A stretch of 64,000 bases of DNA from Methanosarcina sp. UBA293 (lineage in GTDB: Archaea > Halobacteriota > Methanosarcinia > Methanosarcinales > Methanosarcinaceae), in contig DALS01000064.1 in the NCBI GenBank assembly GCA_002499445.1, positions 283 to 64,282 of the forward strand, in the 5' to 3' direction. This document shows, piece after piece, positions 20,874-29,725 of this stretch. Numbering within the stretch: position 1 is the stretch's first letter; each line of letters starts with the position of its first letter. A model generated the notes under the pieces. The model was not told the origin of the DNA. It searched no databases and worked only from the letters and a program-made list of their open reading frames with translations. The position numbers and the translations under genes are program-made.

Positions 20874-21240
20874 CCTCTTCTCCCCCAAGCACATCTTTCA
20901 GTGCCTTTCTGCAGGTATACGCACGCTCAAAATAGGTTTTCGCCCGTTCGATAACCCTTTTGAGGATGATCTCATCCTCCTCGGAGATATCCGTGAACAA
21001 GAGGCTGCTCTCAATCCGTTCTACAGGAAAACAGCCGTAAAGTTGTCCGATTGCCGAATTCAGAAAAGCAGGTGTTAGCTCACTCGCTTCTGCGAAAGAC
21101 AGTTCAATCTTCTTATTTTCGCAGAGCGCTGCTGTAATTATCTCGTAAACTTTCTGCCCGTCACAGGCGGCAACGCAGCAGTTTTCCCCGACAGTTTCAA
21201 AAACGTTAATCTTTATCCTTTCTTCCGTAGGTATCCCCAT
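20866..21240 (-). CDS. STAS-like DUF4325 family protein
   Basis: DGQKVYE.I...KIELSF...LTPAFLNSAIGQLY pattern recalled for DUF4325. Confidence 0.8.
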   Translation of the reverse strand: MGIPTEERIKINVFETVGENCCVAACDGQKVYEIITAALCENKKIELSFAEASELTPAFLNSAIGQLYGCFPVERIESSLLFTDISEEDEIILKRVIERAKTYFERAYTCRKALKDVLGGEEDA

Positions 21241-21359
21241 ATGCTTTATACTCACAAGGGTTTAAAAAGCTCAGGGTTTAAACCCAAAATCCGGGCACTT
21301 GAAAAACTACCTTATCTCTTCACATTGCCACATATTTAAACATTCATAAATACCGAGTT

Positions 21360-21815
21360 TCAATCAGCCTTTCTAAAGAAGAGCCAGCCTTTTTCACCTT
21401 TTCCGTACTTTGTCCGAATCAAAACGTAGGTCCCTTTTAATTTATCTCCTTCAAGCACCACCACGATCTCCTTTTCCTCGCGTTTCAAAAGCTCAAAAGT
21501 CCCCTTATCCCAGATCTCAACCGTGCCTGCTCCGTACTCTCCTTCAGGGATTTCCCCCTCAAAATCAGCGTATCCGAGCGGATGGTCTTCAGTCTCTATG
21601 GCAAGCCTTCGGATGCCAGCCTCTTTCGGGGGCTCTTTTGGCACAGCCCAACTTTTCAGAACCCCGTCAAGCTCCAGGCGGAAATCATAATGAAGGTTGC
21701 GCGCATCGTGGCGCTGAACCACAAAAATTGGTTTTTCGGGGCTCTTTCTGGAATTGATGGCAGGCGGTTCAGGGGTCTTTTTAAAGTGTCTCTTTTTCTC
21801 GTATTCTTCAAGCAT
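21360..21815 (-). CDS. Stand-alone LigD 3'-phosphoesterase (PE) domain protein
   Basis: FVVQRHDARNLHYDFRLELDGVLKSWAVPK, RLAIETEDHPLGY, YGAGTVEIWDKG. Confidence 0.93.
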   Translation of the reverse strand: MLEEYEKKRHFKKTPEPPAINSRKSPEKPIFVVQRHDARNLHYDFRLELDGVLKSWAVPKEPPKEAGIRRLAIETEDHPLGYADFEGEIPEGEYGAGTVEIWDKGTFELLKREEKEIVVVLEGDKLKGTYVLIRTKYGKGEKGWLFFRKAD

Positions 21816-21850
21816 AGAAATCAATAGAAAACTTGGCACACTGCCTTTAA

Positions 21851-22126
21851 TTATTTCCTACTTCTAGCCAGAGCATAGTCTGCATAGATTTTTAAAAACT
21901 CTCCATCAGTTTGCAGGAGCACGGTTTCAAACATGGCTACATGGATTTTTTCTTTTCTGGCAATATCAAGCAGTACTGTACGAATCTCCTCACTTTTTGC
22001 CAGGTTTGCCATCTGCTCATAGATGTTGATAGCATCCAGTTCCGCAATCATGGCAGCTCTAAGAATCTCTTTATCAATATCTTCAGGTCTGGTTTTCTCA
22101 AGATCTGCAAGTACTTCCGAAAGCAG
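21851..22126 (-). CDS. Small ferritin-like (rubrerythrin/EncFtn-type) protein
   Basis: RAAMIAELDAINIYEQ and IARKEKIHV helices; the homologous part begins at CTG 22126 after GGGGGTGG. Confidence 0.75.
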   Translation of the reverse strand: MLSEVLADLEKTRPEDIDKEILRAAMIAELDAINIYEQMANLAKSEEIRTVLLDIARKEKIHVAMFETVLLQTDGEFLKIYADYALARSRK

Positions 22127-22562
22127 GTTTCCACCCCCATACAAATGTACCCTATAAGGTATGGAAAAGCAAGGGTAATGTTTCTTTCTATTGAAGATAA
22201 CAATCCAATTTTTGAAGTGTATCAAAATTAGCCAACTGAAATTAAATTTTAGCGAGTGAAATTAAGATTTGAGTATATTATACAATCCAAATTTGTTTAT
22301 TTATTAATTTTAAATCTCTTTAAAAATGAGTAAAGATTTTCGTAAACGAGCAATCAATAATTAGTTATTATAGTGGATTTATGTGAATAAAACTCTCTGT
22401 AACATAATACAAAAAAACCTTCAGTAGGAAAAAGACTTATAGACAAATCTCATAAATAGTTGAATAAGTTCACATGAAAATAATGCTAAAGATGGTTATC
22501 CAGCCAGCTCTGGGAGATCTTTACAGGCCGACCAGGAGACAATCTCACTGAGGCAAACAATC

Positions 22563-24803
22563 TTGAAAAGAATGAAAATTTCCCTGCTTAAGAAAATAAA
22601 ATCATTTCTGCTTGTGTTCATGATCTTGATTTCATGCCTACCTGCCAGCTCAGGTTTTGCTGCAGGAAGTGTCAATGCCCCTGAAATGCCACAGAACTGT
22701 ACATCTTCTGCTGAATTTGTAATTGAATCTGTGATTGAAACAGCCCCAATGAACCCTGACTTTCTGGAAAGCTGGAAACTTAGCTCGATTGAATCTTTTT
22801 CTTTTGGGAGTAAATACGAAAAGATTTCAGACACCGGGTATAAGCCTTCACCTGTAAAACTGTCAGGGCTTGCAAGCTCAGAAGGAAGAGTTTTGCTGAG
22901 AGCCTCAGGTTCAGAGCTACCACCTGTTTATGACCTGCGTAAAGAAAGGAAAGTAACAGCTGTAAAAGATCAGGGAAAGGCTGGAAGTTGCTGGGCCTTT
23001 TCAAGTATTGCTTCTCTTGAATCCTACATTCTGGGAAAAGAAGGAAAAAACTATGATTTTTCCGAAAACAACATGAAAAACCTCGCCTCAAAAAACTATC
23101 CAGAGGGTTTTGATTTTACCTCGGATGAGGGTGGAAATGCATTCATGTCAACAGCATACCTTTCCCGTTGGGATGGGCCTGTAAATGAATTTGATGATCC
23201 CTATAGTGAGCCCTCTACCTATTCACCCGCAGGGCTTCAGGTACAGAGACATGTGCAGGAGGTGCTTTTCCTACCTGAGAAAACTGAGCCTCTGGATAAC
23301 GAAGTTCTCAAAAGGGCGCTTCTGGAATATGGAGCTGTATACTCCACGATGTACTGGAACCCAGGGCATTATCAGGAAAAAAATTATACTTACCGATATA
23401 CCAAGGATCTGCCTGTCAATCATGCTGTGACCATTGTAGGCTGGGATGATTCTTTTGACAAAAATCTATTTATGCAAGTTCCTCCCGGAGATGGAGCTTT
23501 TATAGTGAAGAACAGCTGGGGTGATGTCTGGGGTCAAGAGGGGTACTTCTATATTTCCTACTACGACACAAAACTCGGGTACAATGAAAATGCCGTGTTC
23601 ACAGCTGAAGATCTGGATAATTATGATAATATCTACCAGTATGATCCTCTTGGGTGGGTGGTATCTAAAAAGTATTCAGAAAACCCCCTAGTTGCCTGGG
23701 GAGGCAATGTTTATTCCTCAGAAAAAAATGAAACCCTCAGAGCTGTAGGATTTTATACTACTGACCTCAATACGGCTTACGAGATATACATCTACAAAAA
23801 TCCTGTCTCAGGTCCTGTTAATTCGAGAAAAGGATTCATTGTACAGGAAAGCGGCCGATACACCTTCCCAGGATATCATACACATGTGTTGAATTCGGCT
23901 GTACCCATAAATGCAGGAGAGAGATTTTCAATAGTTATAAGATTCATTAACCCATCGGCTTCAGGTCCTCTTGCAGTAGAAGAACCTGTAGCCTATTACA
24001 GCAGCAAGGCAAGGGCCAATCCCGGAGAAAGCTACGTAAGTCCTAATGGAGTCAGATGGGAAGACATATCCAGCAACTCGAAAGCAAATCTCTGCATTAA
24101 AGCTTTCACAACAAGTAATGACTTTCCTGAAGCTGATTTTTCTTCAAACACTACCTCAGGAATGCGTCCTCTTACGATCCAGTTCACTGACCTTTCAAAC
24201 AACGCCTTTTCCTGGAAGTGGGATATGAACGGCGATGGGGAAACTGATTCAACAGTCCAGAACCCTGTCTACACCTACAGATCTTACGGGAATTATACCG
24301 TTTCTCTGACTATCGGTAACGGCAAAGGATTTGATTCCAAGACAAAACATGGTTACATAACAATAACTCCTCTCTCAATTAACTCAGCCAATCCCAGAAG
24401 GAATATTACAGGCTACATAGGGGAGAAGCAGGAGTTTAGTGTTAGTACAAACTATGCTTGCAATGTAAGCTGGTACTTTAATGGAGAAAACAGAGGTTCT
24501 GAATCTCAAGTAAAAAAGAGCTCATACTCAGAGAGTATCCATTCCCCAGGAATTTATAATATTACAGCAATTGCCAGAATTGGGGATGAAGAAGTTACAC
24601 AGAAATGGGAGTGGACAGTTCGCACCTGGAATCCCTGGGATAGTCCGGCTTCCCATGAAGGGAAAAAAATAAGTACTAAAGAAATACAGGAAGCTATCCA
24701 TATCTACCGAAATGGACTACAGATCCCTGAAACCGGAGCGGAACTAACGAAAGAAAGGCTCAAGGAACTTATAATTCACTGGAGGGAAGGCTCAGAGGAT
24801 TGA
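22563..24803 (+). CDS. Secreted C1A (papain-family) cysteine protease with lectin-like, PKD and C-terminal helical domains
   Basis: QGKAGSCWAFS, NHAVTIVGWDD, VKNSWG catalytic motifs; PKD WKWDMNGDG...NPVYTY; signal peptide. Confidence 0.92.
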   Translation: MKRMKISLLKKIKSFLLVFMILISCLPASSGFAAGSVNAPEMPQNCTSSAEFVIESVIETAPMNPDFLESWKLSSIESFSFGSKYEKISDTGYKPSPVKLSGLASSEGRVLLRASGSELPPVYDLRKERKVTAVKDQGKAGSCWAFSSIASLESYILGKEGKNYDFSENNMKNLASKNYPEGFDFTSDEGGNAFMSTAYLSRWDGPVNEFDDPYSEPSTYSPAGLQVQRHVQEVLFLPEKTEPLDNEVLKRALLEYGAVYSTMYWNPGHYQEKNYTYRYTKDLPVNHAVTIVGWDDSFDKNLFMQVPPGDGAFIVKNSWGDVWGQEGYFYISYYDTKLGYNENAVFTAEDLDNYDNIYQYDPLGWVVSKKYSENPLVAWGGNVYSSEKNETLRAVGFYTTDLNTAYEIYIYKNPVSGPVNSRKGFIVQESGRYTFPGYHTHVLNSAVPINAGERFSIVIRFINPSASGPLAVEEPVAYYSSKARANPGESYVSPNGVRWEDISSNSKANLCIKAFTTSNDFPEADFSSNTTSGMRPLTIQFTDLSNNAFSWKWDMNGDGETDSTVQNPVYTYRSYGNYTVSLTIGNGKGFDSKTKHGYITITPLSINSANPRRNITGYIGEKQEFSVSTNYACNVSWYFNGENRGSESQVKKSSYSESIHSPGIYNITAIARIGDEEVTQKWEWTVRTWNPWDSPASHEGKKISTKEIQEAIHIYRNGLQIPETGAELTKERLKELIIHWREGSED

Positions 24804-24853
24804 CGACTCCAGCTACAAAAATAGAAGGAAAAAAGAAAAACTAAGAGGCAAGT

Positions 24854-25108
24854 TTAGTTTTTCTGGACTTTGTTTCCTTTTTCCAGAGCCTGTTCAATTC
24901 CTTCCCCAATTTTAACATTCATGAGAAAATCATCAACAGTTGCAAGGAGAGAGCCAATTTTCTCGGAATGAAACAGGACAGCAACTCTCCCGTCACTGAT
25001 TTCACTTTCCATACTCCTAAGATTATCCGGAGAAAGCGCATTTAGAATCCTAGCAGCGGATCTTCTTGATTCTGGATCCGAAAATTCAATTGTGCCTGTA
25101 ATTTTCAT
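24854..25108 (-). CDS. pcc1: KEOPS complex subunit Pcc1
   Basis: LSPDN...IGSLLATVDDFLMNVKI; typical position downstream of the DHH gene. Confidence 0.85.
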   Translation of the reverse strand: MKITGTIEFSDPESRRSAARILNALSPDNLRSMESEISDGRVAVLFHSEKIGSLLATVDDFLMNVKIGEGIEQALEKGNKVQKN

Positions 25109-25269
25109 AAGCAATCCTCATCGTTTTGCTAATTTTTTTGTTACTTTTGGCTTCTGATTCTTTTTACTCTCTTTTTCTATTTGACATCCGTTGCTTGTTC
25201 TTTGCCTCATTTTTGCTTCTGGTCTTTTACTTGACACTCTTTATCTGGTTCCTTATTTTTTATCTTGCT

Positions 25270-26595
25270 TTACTTTTCCGGTTTTGGCAGTTGGCCACCT
25301 ATAATCTGGTCGGCAATGTTCAGGAATTCCTCTGCAGTGCCAATGGGGATCGCAGCCCCAGAAGCTACACTGTGCCCGCCTCCGCTTCCGCCAACTGCGC
25401 CTGCAGCTTCCCTCATAGCGAAAGCAAGGTCAAGACCCTTTGACACAAGTTCGCGGGTACCTCTCGCTGAGACTTTCAGGATACCTTCGGATTCGTTTAT
25501 ACAGATGAAGGGAAGTTCAGGATGAAGGTAGCGCACAACTGTGCTTGCAAGGCTCCCTGTAGAAAGAGCATCAACAGTAATGACATACCAGAGGTTTTCT
25601 CCTTTGCGAGTTTTTTCTATATTTTCCCTGATGTCCAGTGCAAGTTTCTTCTCGTGTTCATTTTTTAGAGAGAGGGCTTCATTGATAATCTCCTGGTCTT
25701 TCAGACAAAGAGAAATAGCCAGCCCATAGATTTTCTGCTTTCCGCATGTGTTAAGAATAGAGATAAAATCGTAAACGTTTCTTACAAGCTCGCGGTCCAA
25801 GAGTAAGACTTCTCCTATAACAGCTTCAATAGCTTCCGGGCTTGCTTGCCTTACAAGTTTCAAGGCGACAGCGTTGGCAAGCCTGGACATTTCCTCCTCA
25901 GAGAGGTCTTCAATCTTTCCTGAAAGCTCGAGCTGGTCCAGAAATTCTTTAACTTTTTCAGGGTAGCCCGTTATATCCAGGAAAGGTTCAGTAGTGCGTG
26001 TAAGAACATCTACAAGATCTCCGTCTCCTACTTTGAGCCCCTTTCGGACAGAAATAATCCCTGCTTTTAGGGCTTCTTCAAGAATGAAAGCATTCGCCGT
26101 TTGAAAAAGCTGCTTGTCTCCGACTGCACCTGCAATTGCTAGCCCTGCAAGATCAATGTTATTAAGTGATAGCTCCCTAGCTACCAGGTAACAGGTGCCA
26201 GAAGCTGAGATGTCAGTTGCCCCGTCGATCCCTACCAGATGGGCATTTACAACCACTTTAGCAGGAGACTGCCCCACTGGCAGGTGATGGTCAAGTACTA
26301 TAACATCGGCTGCTACCTTACCTATAAGCTCAGGCTGCCCGCTGCCCATATCACAAAAAATAACTAGTTCATCCCTGGAGATGCCTTTATTTACTTCATC
26401 AATCACAGCTTCATCCAGCCTTCCAACTATAGAAAGCTGAAAACAAATGCCTGCCCGCAGCAGAGCCTGTGCCATTATTCCGGCTGAGGTCAGCCCATCA
26501 GCATCATTATGTGAGACTACGCGCGCAAATCTATGTTTCCGGATTTTTTCGGCTGCATTTTTTGCAAGGTTTATCAGTTTCTCAAGCTCGCTCAA
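25270..26595 (-). CDS. DHH/DHHA1 family RecJ-like nuclease
   Basis: SHNDADG, FCDMGSG, LDHH, and C-terminal GGGHSVASGA. Confidence 0.92.
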   Translation of the reverse strand: MSELEKLINLAKNAAEKIRKHRFARVVSHNDADGLTSAGIMAQALLRAGICFQLSIVGRLDEAVIDEVNKGISRDELVIFCDMGSGQPELIGKVAADVIVLDHHLPVGQSPAKVVVNAHLVGIDGATDISASGTCYLVARELSLNNIDLAGLAIAGAVGDKQLFQTANAFILEEALKAGIISVRKGLKVGDGDLVDVLTRTTEPFLDITGYPEKVKEFLDQLELSGKIEDLSEEEMSRLANAVALKLVRQASPEAIEAVIGEVLLLDRELVRNVYDFISILNTCGKQKIYGLAISLCLKDQEIINEALSLKNEHEKKLALDIRENIEKTRKGENLWYVITVDALSTGSLASTVVRYLHPELPFICINESEGILKVSARGTRELVSKGLDLAFAMREAAGAVGGSGGGHSVASGAAIPIGTAEEFLNIADQIIGGQLPKPEK

Positions 26596-26844
26596 AATCC
26601 ATCACTCAAAAAGTTCAATAATAAAGTCAAAAGATTGACTTAAAAGATCAGTTAATACATGCTGCTAGAGCACAAAGGATGCCAGTCTATACTGGCTTGA
26701 TAATATAAAACACATGCCCCGAAAAACTATCATGGATCAACTTAATTAATTAGAGAATATATAATTTAAAAAGCAGCAGGGCGCCCTGAAACCTCGGGCA
26801 TCAGTAGTGTGTGAGAAAACAGGAGACTGCTGGAGAATAGGGTT

Positions 26845-26875
26845 AAAAAAAGATAAGCAGCCTTAAAAGCTGCTT
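26845..26875 (-). terminator. Hairpin plus U-tract ending the surface-protein operon
   Basis: Minus strand AAGCAGC-TTTTAAG-GCTGCTT followed by ATCTTTTTTT. Confidence 0.65.
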
Positions 26876-26910
26876 TAAACGTTTTTGAGATTACTAAATT
26901 AGACTTCCTT

Positions 26911-28017
26911 TTACTTTCTTCTCAGGACCTGATACACTGCTCCAAGGGTTCCGATGGCTATTACAGACTCAAACCCTGGAATAGATCCCCATCTTGAGGA
27001 GTCTTTTGCATCAGATGCAGGGTTTGATTCCGGTTTTTTAGAGGGAGAGGTATCTTTCGAATTGGAAGGTTCGATTTCTATCTTCTCATCGGGTACAACG
27101 ATTGTGAAGGAGCCAAAGCCTGGAGTTTTAGACTCGAAGAAAACGTAAGTACTGTCTTCACCAACCTTTTTTGTTTCAAGCTTGTTCCAGGTCTTGTCGT
27201 AGTTCCAGAGAGCCAGAGAAGTTTCATCTGCTCCGGTATTCTTGAGCCAAGCCTTTTCAACTCTGAAACCAATAACTGCATTTTCGATGTTATCAGAGTT
27301 TGCGATTCCTCCTGAACCTACCCAGATATTCACATTTTTATAATCCGTGCCTTCAGGCAGGCTCGAAACCAGCTTGGACTGACCTTTCAGCATTTCAACA
27401 AGAGTAGTGACTTTTCCCAGAGTCTTTTTGGCATCAAACTCCACATACCTTATGCAGGTTACACCCTGTGGGAACTCGAACTTTACGTGCTGCCCAGCTG
27501 TGATAGATTTCTGAGACCGTTCTTTAGCCGCGACGTTGCTTTGGGGTTCAGGAGAAACACCTGCACCTCCGCCGCTTGATTTACCACCAGAGCCGCCAGA
27601 GCCGCCGCTGTAAGATTGACTGACAGTGATGGAACTTTCAGCAGGAAGAACAAGAGACTCAGTTTTGTTTATGTCTCTTAAAAGTCCCACAATTTTATAT
27701 GTGCCTGTTGAGGCTGGAGCTTTCAGGGTGTAGCTGAAGCTTTTTTCATTCATAAGCAGGAAGGAAACCTTGCTGCCATTTTCAGTTACGGCTCTTTCCG
27801 GCAGGGTAGAGCTAACAAATGTAAAGCCAGCAGGAAGTTTTTCAATTACTTGACCGGCAGCCCCATAATCAGCTACGTTGACTGTTACCTGGAACTCCTG
27901 ATTGGGACTAACCGTAGCAGGGGAAGTCCTTTCTGCACTGCCTGCACAAGCCGGGACAGCAGATAAGGTCAGCGCCAGGAGCAGAATAACAGCAAACTTA
28001 AACTTAAGTCGTTTCAT
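26911..28017 (-). CDS. PGF-pre-PGF domain surface protein with N-terminal beta-sandwich and PGF-CTERM anchor
   Basis: Signal peptide; S/G linker; VSPEPQSNV..KE...NVNIWVG...TPGFGSFTI; C-terminal IPGFESVIAIGTLGAVYQVLRRK; ATG overlaps the upstream TGA (ATGA). Confidence 0.88.
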   Translation of the reverse strand: MKRLKFKFAVILLLALTLSAVPACAGSAERTSPATVSPNQEFQVTVNVADYGAAGQVIEKLPAGFTFVSSTLPERAVTENGSKVSFLLMNEKSFSYTLKAPASTGTYKIVGLLRDINKTESLVLPAESSITVSQSYSGGSGGSGGKSSGGGAGVSPEPQSNVAAKERSQKSITAGQHVKFEFPQGVTCIRYVEFDAKKTLGKVTTLVEMLKGQSKLVSSLPEGTDYKNVNIWVGSGGIANSDNIENAVIGFRVEKAWLKNTGADETSLALWNYDKTWNKLETKKVGEDSTYVFFESKTPGFGSFTIVVPDEKIEIEPSNSKDTSPSKKPESNPASDAKDSSRWGSIPGFESVIAIGTLGAVYQVLRRK

Positions 28018-28841
28018 ATTCGATTCCACCCATCAGCAAAGTATGCACCCAGAACTGCATATTTAATCCCACTGGATACTTCGTTATTATTTACAAGGTT
28101 CTTAATTTCTTCAGGAGAGAAGACTCCATCGGAACCTCCAAACCTTGTTGCCAGTTCACTTTCTTTCAGTACCGTAATGGAAATACTTTCTTCATCTATG
28201 ACACTGCTTCCAGAGGGGGCAGCGGCCGTAAAGGCGAATTTGAACTCACCTGGTGTAGTACTTTTCACATTACAAGTATAGAGATCTCCACCTTCTGGCT
28301 TCAATGAAACCACGCCCTGTCCTATGGAGATAAGGTCGATAGTTACTGATGCTACTTCAGAGGATTTACCCACAACCTTTGCCCTGACAGCTGAGAAGTC
28401 CTTTCCGTCATTCAGGATGAATTTGGGGGATGCAGATAAAGTTTCTATATTAGGGGGTATAAAACTTCCATAGAAAGTCAGGTCAAGTTTAGCTGGCTCA
28501 GCTCCATGCTTGTAAGTTGCAGAAATAGGTTCGGATGCGACGCCTCCGAGTTTGAAGGTTATTTCTTTTCCATTATCTTTCTCGGTACCGTTAACTGAAA
28601 CTATATATCTTCCAGTCTTTTTAAGAGATTCTGAGCCAACAAGCTTGGAATCTATATATGCAGAGATTATAATTCCGGGACCTGCATTTGCAGCATCTCC
28701 TTTCAAGTCTCCTTGAAACACATAGGGGATAGGAGGGATAGGAGGAGGACTATTAGCAGATGCGGCCGGAACAAGGGACATGCCCAGTAGCAGAATAACC
28801 AGGCATGATAAAATTTTTAAATATTTGTCCTTGATCGTCAT
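28014..28841 (-). CDS. Secreted two-domain beta-sandwich protein with short helical tail, no membrane anchor
   Basis: Signal peptide ending PAASA; PPIPPIPYVFQG domain; Ig/invasin-like ASPKFILNDGKDFS domain; AGGTGA RBS. Confidence 0.82.
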   Translation of the reverse strand: MTIKDKYLKILSCLVILLLGMSLVPAASANSPPPIPPIPYVFQGDLKGDAANAGPGIIISAYIDSKLVGSESLKKTGRYIVSVNGTEKDNGKEITFKLGGVASEPISATYKHGAEPAKLDLTFYGSFIPPNIETLSASPKFILNDGKDFSAVRAKVVGKSSEVASVTIDLISIGQGVVSLKPEGGDLYTCNVKSTTPGEFKFAFTAAAPSGSSVIDEESISITVLKESELATRFGGSDGVFSPEEIKNLVNNNEVSSGIKYAVLGAYFADGWNRI

Positions 28842-28895
28842 TATGTCACCTTGAAATTTTAATATTATTTATGCAGACTTTTTCAAAAAAGTCCT

Positions 28896-29639
28896 TCAGG
28901 GATTCTTTCTAGATCCCCTCCCGAGATCAAATCCGAAAGCGAGCAGAAGTATGCCTGCAACCGCATAGAAAATTAGGAAACCTGGAGTACTTTCTGGTTT
29001 AGGAGAGTTTTCGGAAGATTCTGCTGCCTCTTTATCTTCGGAGTTTGCACCCGTATTTTTCAAAGCCGTTATATTCGGTTCAGGGATCGAAGTTTTAATG
29101 ACCTCGACTTTGGGATCCTCCGAGGAAACTTCCTGTTTTTTATTATCTGTCAAAGGTTCTGAACCTGTTTTTGAATTTGAATTACTTTTTGTGTTACTAT
29201 TCGAATTACCGTTTGAACCATTGTTTGAATTACTATTTGAATTACTTTCAGTAGTCTCGGTATAAACTACCTTACCATCAGGCAGTTCGAGGGAAACTAT
29301 ACTTCCGGATTCCCAGGCAACACTGCTTGTAGCATCTTTTCCGTCCACTTTAAAAGTAACCAGTTTTCCTTTATCTTCAGCAATACCAGGAATAACGAGA
29401 GAGTATTTTCCTGAGGAAGTATTTGCAAGATGCTCCTTGTCATTAAGGTAAGCTGCAATGACAGTCCCATTGGGAGCAGGCGTACCATCAATAAGAGCAA
29501 CCCCTGTCACTTGCATCGGAAGCATCGGGAGGGCTGGAGGAACATCCACTGCTGCCGTACATCCCTGGGAGAAAGCCAGGAAAAACAACAGTAATATAGA
29601 TGTTCTTAGCAGGCCATTTTTTAATATTTTATTCATCAT
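28896..29639 (-). CDS. Membrane-anchored surface protein with N/S-rich stalk and PGF-type sorting signal
   Basis: Signal peptide; PALPMLPMQVTG domain; SNSNSNSNNGSNGNSNS linker; TPGFLIFYAVAGILLLAF plus basic tail; GGAGGT RBS. Confidence 0.85.
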   Translation of the reverse strand: MMNKILKNGLLRTSILLLFFLAFSQGCTAAVDVPPALPMLPMQVTGVALIDGTPAPNGTVIAAYLNDKEHLANTSSGKYSLVIPGIAEDKGKLVTFKVDGKDATSSVAWESGSIVSLELPDGKVVYTETTESNSNSNSNNGSNGNSNSNTKSNSNSKTGSEPLTDNKKQEVSSEDPKVEVIKTSIPEPNITALKNTGANSEDKEAAESSENSPKPESTPGFLIFYAVAGILLLAFGFDLGRGSRKNP

Positions 29640-29664
29640 AGACCTCCAATTATACGCTAACAAC

Positions 29665-29704
29665 AAAAAGAAAAAAACTATTCAGCCTGAACAGGCTGAA
29701 CAGT
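29665..29704 (-). terminator. Intra-operon hairpin plus U-tract
   Basis: Minus strand ACTGTTCAGCCTG-TT-CAGGCTGAATAGT (one G-U pair) followed by TTTTTTCTTTTT. Confidence 0.65.
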
Positions 29705-29725
29705 CAGTTGTTCTGAAAATTAGCC

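Noticed and set aside
25115-25269. Purine-rich stretch after the DHH stop as a read-through tail
   Set aside because: All three frames hit stops quickly; looks like decayed low-complexity sequence
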